64,000 nucleotides of DNA from a virus (lineage: Duplodnaviria; Caudoviricetes): positions 96,001 through 160,000 of the IMG/VR virus record IMGVR_UViG_3300021399_000002. The stretch is one strand, 5' to 3'. Positions 31,166 through 43,700 of the stretch are shown here, in pieces. Under the pieces are notes generated by a model, which worked only from the letters and a program-made list of their open reading frames with translations, made no database searches and had not been told where the DNA came from. Positions within the stretch are counted from its first letter, which is position 1; the number at the start of each line of letters is the position of its first letter. Position numbers and translations under genes: made by a program.

Positions 31166-31939
31166 ATGAATGAATTACAGACATTAATTGATTCTATTAA
31201 GGGATTAACTGATATAGATGATGAAAATTTAACTGATGATATGATGAAAATTATTCTTGATGGAGTAGAGCAGCAATTCTCAACTGAATTAGTACAGCAG
31301 TCTATTAATCAGATTGTAAATAATATGGAAGACCAAGGTTTAAGTAAGGCAGAAGCACAGGCTGCGATTAAGGCGCTATCTGATACTATGAAAGAAATGA
31401 TTTATAGTGAAGTGTCTTATACTGGAAATAAAAAGTTGCTAGTAGACACAATTATGAATAAAATGTTTAGTATCTTTGATGCCGCTGCGGAAAAGTATCA
31501 TTCCTATGCTATTGAACTTCCTATTCAGCTAGAAGAGGGCGCACAAGTACCAACATACGCGCATGATAGTGATGCTGCCGCTGATATGTATGCAATGGAA
31601 GATACGACAATTTCAGCTCATTCTATCGGAACACCAGTAAAGACTGGAGTACATATTCAATTACCAGAAGGATGGGTTGCATTTGTGCTACCTCGCTCTA
31701 GTATTGGCGCGAAAACTCCTCTTCGTTTAAGCAATAGCGTCGGCGTAATTGATAGTGGCTATCGCGGGGAGGTACGCGCGCTATATGACAATATTAGTGA
31801 TGAGCCTTATCAAATTCATAAGGGAGACCGTATAGCACAGATGCTTGTAATGCCATCTTATAGATTTAAGGCTAATGTAGTGGATTCTTTAGAGGATTCT
31901 GATAGGGGCGAAGCTGGCTTCGGTTCTACAGGAGTATGA
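31166..31939 (+). CDS. dut: Trimeric dUTPase with ~115-aa N-terminal extension
   Basis: AADMYA, PRSSIG, GVIDSGYRGE, GDRIAQM, RGEAGFGSTG (motifs 1-5). Confidence 0.9.
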   Translation: MNELQTLIDSIKGLTDIDDENLTDDMMKIILDGVEQQFSTELVQQSINQIVNNMEDQGLSKAEAQAAIKALSDTMKEMIYSEVSYTGNKKLLVDTIMNKMFSIFDAAAEKYHSYAIELPIQLEEGAQVPTYAHDSDAAADMYAMEDTTISAHSIGTPVKTGVHIQLPEGWVAFVLPRSSIGAKTPLRLSNSVGVIDSGYRGEVRALYDNISDEPYQIHKGDRIAQMLVMPSYRFKANVVDSLEDSDRGEAGFGSTGV

Positions 31940-32688
31940 GTACTATAAATATTTATTCTGTCTCTAATGCGTTGGAAGCAGAGGGATGGAAACTTATAAG
32001 TGAAACATATAAGAACCTCAAGACTCCACTTGAAATGCAATGTCCGGTTGGACATAAATAGGAATAGACTTTTGAGAACTGGCGCAAACATAAGATATGT
32101 GATATATGTATGGCCGGCGATCCATATAAAGTCAAAAAAAATAAGGTACCCAAAAAGGGTACAGATGTATAGCGTATTCTAGCCTTAGATGCGGCAACAA
32201 GCACCACAGGCTATGCAATATATGATGATAAAGTATTGGTTGGGTATGGGACTTTTAAGACAAGCACTACTCTGCCAGCTACTGAGCGTATTAATCAAGT
32301 TAAAAATTGGCTTAAGGCCGCATTAAAAGAATGGGAGCCAGATTTTGTAGGTATAGAAAATATTCAGTTGTAGAAGTATGGTTCTAAAGCAACTGAAGTG
32401 CAAGTAAAAACTTTTTAGACTCTTGCAAATCTTCAAGGAGTATTATTAGATACTGTCTTTGAAGCGTGTATAGACCATGACTTGGTTTACCCGAGTGAAT
32501 GGCGCTCCTATTGCGGCATAAATGATGGCGATTAGCATCGAGATCCCAAGAAAAAATAGGCTTAGGCTAAGGTAAAAATTTGGTATAATATGGATTGCAC
32601 TGAAGATGAATCTGATGCAATATGTATTGGTAAGTATTGGTGCGGAAAATTACGCAATAATAAAATTACATGGGGAGAAGATATATGA
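31936..32688 (+). CDS. Zn-finger + RuvC-like Holliday junction resolvase (about 8 TAG)
   Basis: CPVGH...CDIC, then RILALDAATSTTGYAIYD, VGIENIQ, PSEWRS, DESDAICIG. Confidence 0.85.
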
Positions 32689-33068
32689 TTAAGGTTAAGA
32701 TTAATGATTTATTAAATGCAACAGAAGTTTTACAAGCACTATCAAAGAAGAGTCTAAAAGCTAGACTAGCATTTGATATTTCTCGTATTTTAAAAGCAGC
32801 AGATGCTGAGGTATCTCAGTTCAATGAAGCGCGTATGAAGATTCTTCAGAAATATGGAGAAAAGGATGAAAATGGTGAATTAGCATCAGATGAAAAAGGG
32901 AATTGTAAAATTACAAAAGAAAATTTAACTGATTTTAATAATGAGTTAAATGAGCTAGTTAATGCAGAAGTTGAATTAAATGCTAATAAAATTTCAATGG
33001 AAGCTCTTGATTCTCTCAATTTTATGCCAGTTGAAATGGTTGCGTTAGAGCCTTTTATTGAAGAATAA
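32685..33068 (+). CDS. Hypothetical protein
   Basis: GGGGAG RBS, ATGA overlap with the resolvase stop. Confidence 0.7.
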   Translation: MIKVKINDLLNATEVLQALSKKSLKARLAFDISRILKAADAEVSQFNEARMKILQKYGEKDENGELASDEKGNCKITKENLTDFNNELNELVNAEVELNANKISMEALDSLNFMPVEMVALEPFIEE

Positions 33069-33110
33069 AAAAAGAAAGCCCGGGACATTTAAGTCCCGGG
33101 CTATTTTTTT
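33069..33110. terminator. Bidirectional terminator between the convergent early and virion arms
   Basis: A-run, AGCCCGGGAC-atttaa-GTCCCGGGCT, T-run. Confidence 0.85.
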
Positions 33111-36100
33111 ATTTATCATAAGCATACATATTATGAACTACCACTTTTTCTACAACAAAAGTACGACAAGGTTCAACATGGCAAGTATATACTGTTTCAT
33201 CTTGTAAATCATCACGATATTTTATCTATTTAATATAAACTTTTTCATTATTAATTGTAACTAATTCATCACTTTCATGAAGTAATTTAGTCTATACTTC
33301 ATGCTCTTTATAAGCTTGTTCACAATTTAATGAACCCCATCCTGTAGTTGTTAATACTGGATGACTATCCGTTAGAGTTAAAATTGTATCATTAGATAAT
33401 ATCAAATCATAAATCTAATTTTTATGTTTTAACATCTATACTGAAGCAATTTCACCCATTTCAATTTGATGTGTAATTTCATTATATGACTTTACCTTTA
33501 ATCCTACCTATAATTTTTCAATATTAATAGTAGAACCATCATATAATTCTATTTGCGTTCCTGCGATAAAGCATCCACCACCGCTTGCTTTAGGTATTAC
33601 TTCAGCAGATGCTCCACTTGGTGGATTCGTTGGGCTGACCGCCGCGGCCGAACTATTAGATGTATTATTCGCAGTACAAACAGCATCCCATAATGCTGTA
33701 CCATCAATACATTTCCATTGAAAGGTGCCAGTTCCAGTTTTTACAAATACCCATAATTTTCCTACATGATTATCCCAATTACCTTGGACCACTTCATTAC
33801 GAGATGCGTCCGATGGCCCATTACCTAAACATAATATTTCTGTATATACTTCCCCATTGTTAGTAATTCTAAAAGGAGCCCAATATTCAGGACGAGTGCC
33901 ATCCCATTTACCTGGTGTTGCATTTTCTGGATAACTTGCGCCAATATACATAGCCCAATTTCCAGGTGTATTATACCCACCATAATTAACTTTCTTTCCT
34001 AAGAATACATTAGATATCCCCGTATCACCATTAGTTAAATTATTATCAACAATGCTCCAATTACCAATAGACCCACTAGTTGCATTTATATTACCTTTAA
34101 TTTTTAGTCCACCACTAGAAGAATATTGAATTCCCTATGTAGCATCTTTCCAAGTTTTATTATCGGCTATATATAAATTTGTATTATAATCAATAGCATT
34201 ACTTCTAAGAATAAATTTAGAACCATTTGCTACAACTGAAAAATGTGCTCCTGCTGTTATAGTTAAATCTTTATTAGCATTAATATTTCCATATTTATCA
34301 ATAGTTAAATAAGCTGTGGTGCCATCAGAATTAAAAAATCCCATATCATCATTATCTACAACAAAGCGGCCATTATTACTATCGGCAATGAGCTTTGTAG
34401 CTGTTATATTACCTTTTACAGTAACATCCCCACTTGCATCTAACTTAAAATTAGTCATATTAACTTGCAATGTCCCGGTCCCACCAATAATAATACCTGT
34501 TTTTTTAATATTAACGAATGAACCACTAGTTTGATTATAACTAGTTCCTAATACTATTTCTGTTGGAGCTATATATACTAATGAACGATTACTTGCATCT
34601 CCAGATGCAAGGCCAATAAAATTTTTTGTAGCTTTTATACCAACTATACTAGAATTCGATCCAAGAGTTTCTTTTGTAGCGTCTCGTAATGCTGTTAATG
34701 ACTTATTACCGCCCGCGCCTAAAATAAAATAAGAATCTGTCATTTCTACTGCAGTACCACTAGAAGTATTAGAGACTCCAAATAATAAATGTGAAGGTAA
34801 TAATTCTACACTTACACCAGTAGAAGGGGCAGTAATTGTTTCAGTATCTTTATTATACTAAAATCCTCCTGCATATAATCTAACTCCTTTACCACTACCA
34901 ATCAGAACTCCATTTTCTGGACTGATTTCTATAACAGAAGTAGAAGCAATAGTATCTAAAGATGTAACCATCTAAATTTTATTTTTGCCACGCATTAGAA
35001 TATTAGAAGATGCCATTTCAATTTTAGTCGGATTAATTAATACTTTAGAGATGCCAGAATCTTCTTCAGAATCTTCTATTAAATCATTGATTTCTTCTTG
35101 TGGATCAATATGTTCGCCATCTTTATTTTCAAATTGTACATTATTACCGCCACTACTAATTAAATTAATACCACTTATCTCTTCCTACTTAGTTTTTGGA
35201 TTTCTACCGCTAAGTAAATTAATAGTAGTACCACCAATATTTATTGCTTTATTACCAACAATATCTACGCGTTCATCCGCGGCAATATATATATTTCCTC
35301 CGGATCCCATATTAATCTAATTTTCTGCTTTAATATCAATAATTCCTGTAACCGCATCAACATTTAAGTTAACACCTTTAATCTAAGCAAGTGTACCATC
35401 ATAGATTTTTCCCCAGCCATCTCCACTATTAGATTCACTTGAATTACAAACAGCAAGATAACGATACTTTTCCGTTTTACCCTCATCAATCTATATCCAA
35501 ATATCTCCAGCTTTAAAAGTAGTTGGTGGGTCTGTCTAAGTATAAGTCTAAACCGCAACTTCCCTACCAATATCTTGAACAAAACTTGCTAAAATCGCGG
35601 CATTTTCAGTATTCAATGTACGAATATTATCTAATCCTTTACTAGCATCAGCTAATATAGACCCCGCTTCATTAAATATAGAAGTTAATTTTTCTTCTAC
35701 AGTAGGACTGGTATTAAAATAAGTATCTAAATAATTATTTAAAATAGGAGTATTCTATGCTAATGTATCAGTAAAGCCTACATTAGATAATCCAGTCTAT
35801 CCAGATAGTAGACCACTAATACCCTAAGATACTCGTTTCATTTCTTCCGTAGAAGCAACTATAGTTGAAAATAAATCTTCAAATTTAGTTTTATAATTTC
35901 TAACTTCAATAGTGTCCTTCCAAGGTGCATCTAAGTCTAAGTTTAATCTAGATATATATCCAAAAGTATCTTTAAACTTCAATTCAGTATCATTAATCAT
36001 TAATAATTGCGCGAGTCTATTATATAATGTATGTGACACCCAATATTTTGTATAATCAAGGTTAATATGACTAATACTATTTTCATAGTATTTTGTATCT

Positions 36101-38934
36101 ATTAAATGAGCATCTAATTCATATGATACTTTTGGATAAGCATTTTCATGGGATATTTCTAGCGCATCTAAATATATAGAAGTATTGGCATTAGAAATTA
36201 TATAATGAACATTTAATTCTTTTTCCTCACATTCTAGATGTCTAAAAATTACTTCTGGTTTAAGAGTAACAAAATATTCAGTATAATATATATCATTTCG
36301 TTTTGTTTCACGAGTATTTATATAATAATCATTAAACATTGATAATAATTCTGCGTCATAATGAATAATAATATCACTACTCTAAGTTTTTAAATTCATA
36401 GAAGAAAATTTAATACGCGGATATACAACTTCATAATCTTCTGGATGTGCAACCCATAATGCTGGTCTAGATAAATCAGGCGTTATTTCTACTTCTATAC
36501 CATCACCCGTAAGAGACATATCTGTATAATTAATTTTTCCAAGATATCCAGTATTTTTCATACGAGTAATCTATGCTTCAGTTAATGTTTTCGCGCCAAG
36601 CAAAACTATAGCAGGCAATATAGTATTACTATCACTCTTTTTTTTAATAAAAACTAATTTAGCCTAAGACCCTATTGAAAAAAACTATCTATATTTTAAC
36701 TCAAAGGGCTCATTATAATTTTCTCCAGCATTATAGTTAGTATCAAAATAAAAACTATATTCTGTTAAATCAACTCCCTTATATAAATTAGCAACGCTAA
36801 TTATAGGGTAATAAATTTTCTTCTATAATGCCGCGCTAGATGTATAATATAATTTTTGCTCATTATAAAATAATCTAGAATCATCTTCATCAGTAGATTC
36901 TTCTTTTCCAAAATCCCAAATAAACTATGCATTGTTTCCAGTATCAGCAGTAATAATACTACTATCTGCGGTTAAATTTAATTTTGTAGTATATTTTCTA
37001 ATATCTCCATAATCAGAATAATCATCAGGCTGCCAGTATCCTTCACGCAATGCTGGTCCCATCATTTGTTCAAATTGTAAAATTAGCTTCTTTTTTTCAT
37101 TTAATTTATTACTAATATCTGTCTTTACTTTTTCAAGTGTTTTATATAATCCAGTTTTATTTTCTGGATTTATATCATCTTCTCCTAAATGTTTTTTTAA
37201 CTAACTTAAATCAATGCTATCATTAGCTAATCTTTGATCCCACATTGCTAATACTTTATCATAATATGAATCAGGATTATAGCTATATGTCATATAAACA
37301 ATATTAGAAGCCTCAGTATTATAAGTTAAATTATTAATCTACTCTAAATTACCAGATTCATTATATTGAGCTGTAAAATCACTATCACTTCTCTCTGCAG
37401 TACATTGTACATTTGAAAAGAACTTTATAGTCTAAAATATAATTCCTAAATTACTTTTTAATACAATATGCCCCTTATTATTTCCATCTGGGATAATTAT
37501 TGCACTTGCAGGATTGCTTGAATTTACTACTAAATTACTCCCGGCGGCATCGCCATACTTCTAAACTAACGCAGTCTTTAAGGCATTGTTTGCGTCTACC
37601 TGTTCCTAATCTAATTTAATAGCGTTTTCTAGAACTGTTTTTCGAGCTTCTAAATCTACAATATCTGCTTCTATCGCGGCCTAGCGCTATTGTAAAGGAA
37701 CTAGTTCATCATTTAATTGCCTTACTTTCTTTTCATATATACCAATCTCTTCATACTGCTCATCTGAAATAGTACCGATTTCATGCAAATAATCAAAATT
37801 TAATATATAATCTTCTTTTGTTTTATTAGCTTCACTGTCCATAATACTATGGAAGCCCTGTAATGTAGTATCATCATCAACTTTTAATACATACAATTTA
37901 GTAGTTAAATCTGTGCTATCCATTTTTCTACTAATTTTATTAGTATCATAAGGATAAGTTAATGATAAATAACCTTCTTCTTCTTTAAAAAAGTTATTAT
38001 AAAAAATTACTGTACGAGAAATAATCTAATTATTCTCATCATGTCCATACTCATAAGCACAAAATACTCCGAATGTTTCAGCTATTGTCTAAGTAATATT
38101 ATATTTATTACTATTTTTAACATCTACCATTCTTTGTTTTATAGTAAAAGACTATGTTTTTAAAGGCTTTAAATTCTCATCCCATGAAGTAGTATATGTT
38201 TCTTCATACACCTAATTAGGTAAACGCTAACTAGTATTTGATAATCCATTTTCAAAAGAATTCCAATTCATATTAATTTTATAATACCAAATATTAGGAT
38301 TAATATTATTACGATTCTTTTCATAACTCTATAACTCAGTTTTTTCACACCAGTAAGCTAAATCTGCCATAGGCTCTTTTTCTGGATGCGCTTCATCTGG
38401 TGGTTCTGGATCAATACCAGTTTCAGCCCACTTTTTATATCTTTCATAATATTCATCATATGATAATGAGAGCTTATATCCAATTTTTCCTAACTCATGA
38501 AAGGCTAATCCTTCACATTTAACATTACAAGTTAATACATCATTTTCATGTAATTCTTCAACATCAAGAATTACAAATTCAAAAACCTTCTTATTCTAAG
38601 GTTCTTCTTTATTAAAAATAACTTTAATTTTGCGTAAACCAGTAATAAGATTTCCGCTATGAATAGTATACCAATTTGGATTTGGCTATAATATCCCATT
38701 CTGATGATAATACATAGGAATACTAAAAGTTAATTCCTAAGTTCCATCAATATCCAATATCATTTTAGGATTTTCTATTCTACCTTTTTGCTCCACATCG
38801 GACCACTTTAGGACAGTAATAAAACTGTCCTAAAGAGTCCATAGGGAGACTTCATAACTACGAACTTCTTTTTTTTCAATACCATATGAATTATTTATTT
38901 CAACAATCAAATTTTTTTGCTCATCCGTAATCAT
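33109..38934 (-). CDS. Large tail tip/central fibre protein (~1941 aa) with C-terminal Hint domain; many TAG
   Basis: AAGGAGG RBS; ORF fragments 37687, 35824, 34135 and 33508 share one frame and all end in TAG; lies after Dit; beta-rich fibre region; ends CFIAGT...TDSHP...VVHN-MYAYDK. Confidence 0.8.
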
Positions 38935-38962
38935 GTGTCTACCTCCTTTTAACTCATTTATA

Positions 38963-40711
38963 TTATAAGTACATATTTTTATAATAAATTACAAAATTAG
39001 TTAATGGAGTACTAAAATCATGTGTAATACGATGTGAATAACGCCTACCTTCTGTTGTATTATTCCATCCTACAATGCGTCCATACTAATTTGGATAATT
39101 TCTTTCTCTTATAATTATGTAATTTGAGTTCAACATATCTCCTACATCTTCTTCAAATATTTTTCCATATTCTGAACACATATCTGTAAGATCAGTTTTA
39201 TTAGCATCTGGAGTGTTATACTAAATTTTTCCGATTGCTTTTCCATACTAGCTATTAAAAGTCAAAGTTAAGGTATATGGTGTATTATTAGTATCTGTTA
39301 AAAATCTTAACATTGCATCTTTAACATTAATTATATTAGCTCCGCTAGTAGTTTCTCCATCTTTAATAATATCTATTATTTTAATCGCCCATGCGCGCAC
39401 TCCAGCATGTCTCACACTATCTCGAATATTCGCACGCACATCTTCCCATGTATACTCAGTAGAATTTAGCATCTTATAAAATATCTATAATGCTTTATTA
39501 TAACTAGTTAAAATATTTGGTGTAGTTAATTTTAATACCTACTGATTAACACTTTCAACAATAATAGTATTATATGATGGATTAGAGCCTACAATTGAGT
39601 TATTTGGACAAATTACATAACCTTGGTCATTAAACTATGGAGTCAGATTAAATTTAATTTCAGTAAATGCAGGAGCATTTCCAGAGTAATAGAAATATGC
39701 ATCTGTATTAGAGCTAAGAGAAGTAATACCCTATCCATCTGCATTCATAATCGCGCCCGCTATTGCTCCATAATATGTCCCTGGGGCAGACCTAATCTTA
39801 TTATCAGCCTCTTTATCAGCGGCAGTAACAGTTCCATTAATACGCGCACCAGTGCCGCGAGGAACGCCGTCTGTCCAAATACTATCATCGTCAGATGCAA
39901 TGCTCCAAATCTAAGATGTTTCATTATCTTCAACTTTTGCTAAGGCTCCATTACCAAGCATCATATTCTAATCTATCATGCTACCTAATGGAATACCATC
40001 CTCATATAATATTTTTAAAGCATCCTAAGAAGCAAATATATTTGTATAATATTGTTCTTCATCTGGGTCGTTAGGAGCTTTCCACATATCAATATACCTA
40101 GTTGGATGTCCTTCTTCTGAAATCTTACGACCAAGTATATTCTAAATTGCATACCAATGAGGTTCATCCATTACTAATTTTAACTAAATATCTCCTTTAT
40201 ATAAAGTAGTTTTAGTTTTATATGATATTTCATTAATAGTAATTGATACATCATCTTCAAATGGAAGTAGTGATAATTGAGGAGGCTCTGCCACACGCGC
40301 CAAAGTAGCTCTATTCGGATGCTCAGCTAATATTAACTCACGAATTTCTCCGGCATGGAACCAATATAAAAAGTCATCAAGCATTTTCTAATCAATACCG
40401 TCAGTAGAAAGAGTGAACTCCATTTGATTTGGATTATAATGCGTGCCCCAATAGTACTGCCCATCTAAATTTTCATACGATGTAGTAATGTCATTAAAAG
40501 GAGAATATCCTATTCTATCTAACCTATTATTATTAATTGTTGCGATTAAATTAAAATCTTCAATATATTTTCCGCCATAAGTAAAACTTATAAATGAGCG
40601 ATTCATAAGGGAGATTCTAACATCTCCCTTATGAGTAGCCTGGTAGACCTAACCCTTGCGGGTTAGGTCTACCGGTATATTCGCGTTTATGATATCTCTA
40701 TATTCCGGCAT
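38963..40711 (-). CDS. Distal tail protein (Dit)-like, ~582 aa; many TAG
   Basis: FISFTYGGKYIEDFNL...DGQYYWGTHY; ends IYYKNMYL; follows the TMP; fragments in one frame. Confidence 0.7.
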
Positions 40712-40716
40712 CTCCT

Positions 40717-43700
40717 TTACCTCCTTATTCTATTCTATGCCATTGTTTTACGAGCTACATTAATAATTTTATCTAGCGCTTGTTCTCCTGCGCGTTGAGC
40801 ATCGTAATCATTAGCAATCTAAGATACTTGCATTACAACTTCAGCCTTTTCAATAGTAACTCCATCTGTATAATTATTACTAATAGAAGAAGTATCGGCT
40901 AATCCAGTAACGCTATCGCGCCAACTAGTTAATAGAGAAAGTAAGGAATTAGGTTTATTACTTAAAATTTCATCACGAAGAATAGCAGTTTGAGAAGCAT
41001 TTAAAACAGCTTCAGGCTTATTCTTTGTGCCATGAAGGATTGCAGGGCCGGTATAATCATTTAAACCGCCTTCTTCATACTTTTCCGCATTTGCAGTCCA
41101 ATAATTAGACTGCCCCTCTTTTGATTTAATTTTTTTAAATGCAGCATCTTCAGCGTTAGCATATGTTCTACCTTTTCCTTCAACAGAAAATACTTTTCCA
41201 TTATCCCAATAATTTAATGTAATTTTCCAGCCATGCTCATTATTATTACCTTTAGTATTACCACTAGTAGCCTCTCCAATCAATCCTCCAGAACCATTAA
41301 ATGAATAATTCTTTCCATCAATTGCCTAAGTACCAGTAACCATATAGCCATTTTTATCAAAGTAATACCAAATACCATTTTCTTGCATCCATTCATTTTG
41401 CTTATAACTACCATCAGCATTTTCATACCACCAGCCCTTATCATCCTATTTCCAAGAGCCTTGTGTAACAGACTTTTCAGCCCTACCAGAAGCAGTACTC
41501 TAAGTAGCAGCCGCGGCAGTACTAGTAGTAGTTGTACCATTAATTGTATTGGTAGCCTAATCTGCAAGTTCAGTATTATTTCCAAGACCAACATTAGTAT
41601 TATTATAATGATTAATTAAAGTCTCAATTCCTTCAAATCTATTAGCAAAGTCTTTATAGGCTTGAGCTTCAAACAAATCATCACGCTAAGTCTTTAATAA
41701 TTCAGTTGGAGATTTGCCCCAATATTCACTATTATTTTTAGCAATATATGCCGCAATTCCTTCTGCATTTTCACCATGCATTATTTCATAAACCTTACTC
41801 CATAATAATCCATATTCTTTTTCATACTCTAACATTTCTGTTTCTAAATCAATTTGCTGCTATAATTTCTCTAATTCATTATCTGAAGCCTGCTGAATTG
41901 CATCAATCTATCTCTATTGCTCGTCAAAATAAGCATCAGATTGCTTTTCAGTGATCTGCGCCTATATTCCAGCAATTTCGGCCGCGCTTGCGCCAGACCG
42001 CTATAGAATACCAAGTTGCCGCTGTAGTTTAGTAAGGTCATCACTCTTTGCCTACTAATTATACATATCTTTCTCATTATTCAACTAATCCTATAAGCCA
42101 TTAATAAGTTTATCGGCGCTATTTTGAATTGCATCTTTAGTATCTTCTAGCTCTTGTATAGCGCGCTCTCGGCTATCAACCATTGCTTCATATACTTTAT
42201 TTTCTACTGAAATCTAATTATCTTCAATATCGCGTAATATCTCATTAATTGATTCATAATCTGCAAGTATATCTTTCTTTCCTTCTTCTATAGAATCATG
42301 TAAAGACTACATTTCTTCTTTATCGGCTTCAATTTTATTCCAGAAGTTTTCAACCGCGGTTACATAGTCTTCATTCTTCCAATTGCCCTCATCGTCTTTT
42401 TCCCATTCAATTTTTTCACCGTTATCATTATACTACATATATTCCTCAAAACGAGGATCCATAGCAACAATCATTTCATATTGCTCTTGTGCAGTATAAT
42501 TGGCTTCTCCATATTGATTAGTTCCCATTAATTTAGATAAGTTAGCAAGCTAACCATCTTTATATTTTAATTGGCCCGCCTCATCAAATTCATATAAGGA
42601 ACTAAATGGATAAGCCTGGTCATTTAATTCTTGACGACGAGTATTAAAATACTCTTCTTGTGAATTAACTAAATCTTGACGAGTGGTTACTGATTGTTCT
42701 AATTTATCAAGAGTAACTAGCTAGCTCTAGAAGTAATCTTGTCCATGTGATACCATATCAGATTGAATCTTAGAACGAAGTTGCTCTTGATAGGTAATAT
42801 CTGTTTCTAATTGAGCAATCTTTTGTAGCCAATTATACCATTTTTCAAGATCTTTTAGGAAAGCTTTATTAGATTCGGAATCGCTTCCTCCACCACCGCC
42901 GCCTCCACCGCCAGCTGCGCCAGCGAGATCTTTAGCAGTTAAATCTTTTAATGATTGCCACATTGCACGAAGTTGTTTTAGAGAACTTAATGCACTTGCC
43001 GCAGAAGCCATAGCTTCGCCGCCATTCCAATTACCGGTCGCAAAAGCTAAAGCTCGTTCTTCTGAAGTATAAGCTTTACCACGAGTAGAATGCCCATTAT
43101 TCATTAAGTTGCGAGTCTATAGATGGTTAAATACAATAGCATCATCAGGTAAATCAACAAATTCAGCGCCATTTTGTCCAGCTATGTAATAGCGGCCACC
43201 AGTAACATAAAGCTCAGGGCCAAGTTCACCCATTAATGTACCTTGAGCGAGAGCTACATTGCCTTTTGCGCCTGTTACATTACCAAATTCATCTATTGTA
43301 TCATCACGATTGTTAGAAGAAGTATTACTAACTTCAGTTTTAATTTTCTAGATTACGCCACGATTTGCAATTTTAATATTTTCTAATAATGCTGTCTATG
43401 TTTCATTTATAACATTGTTAATATTTTGTGTAGCCGGATTAGCTCGAGCATAATCTCTATTTTCATCTATTTTATTTTGTACTTCATCTTTAGGCGTTAC
43501 TTGCTATTCTGCTGGAGTATCTGCAGCAACTTCAGCATTGGCTTTTACCTGGCCTGTAACATCAAGAGTAGTATTATATGCCTATTCTACTTCATAAGCA
43601 TTAACAAAATTATTCCATTTTTGTTTTAAATCTTCATCATTTTCAGAACCTTTATCAACTACTTTCCATTCTCCATCTACAACTTCTAATACCATATTAG

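Noticed and set aside
3187-33088. Minus-strand ORFs in the track (e.g. 5256..5555, 12564..12875, 14578..14844)
   Set aside because: Antisense shadows of well-supported plus-strand genes, with no motifs
33109-33573. Canonical mobile intein
   Set aside because: No homing endonuclease, +1 residue is Met, and the C-extein is only 6 aa. Treated as an intein-like Hint domain instead.
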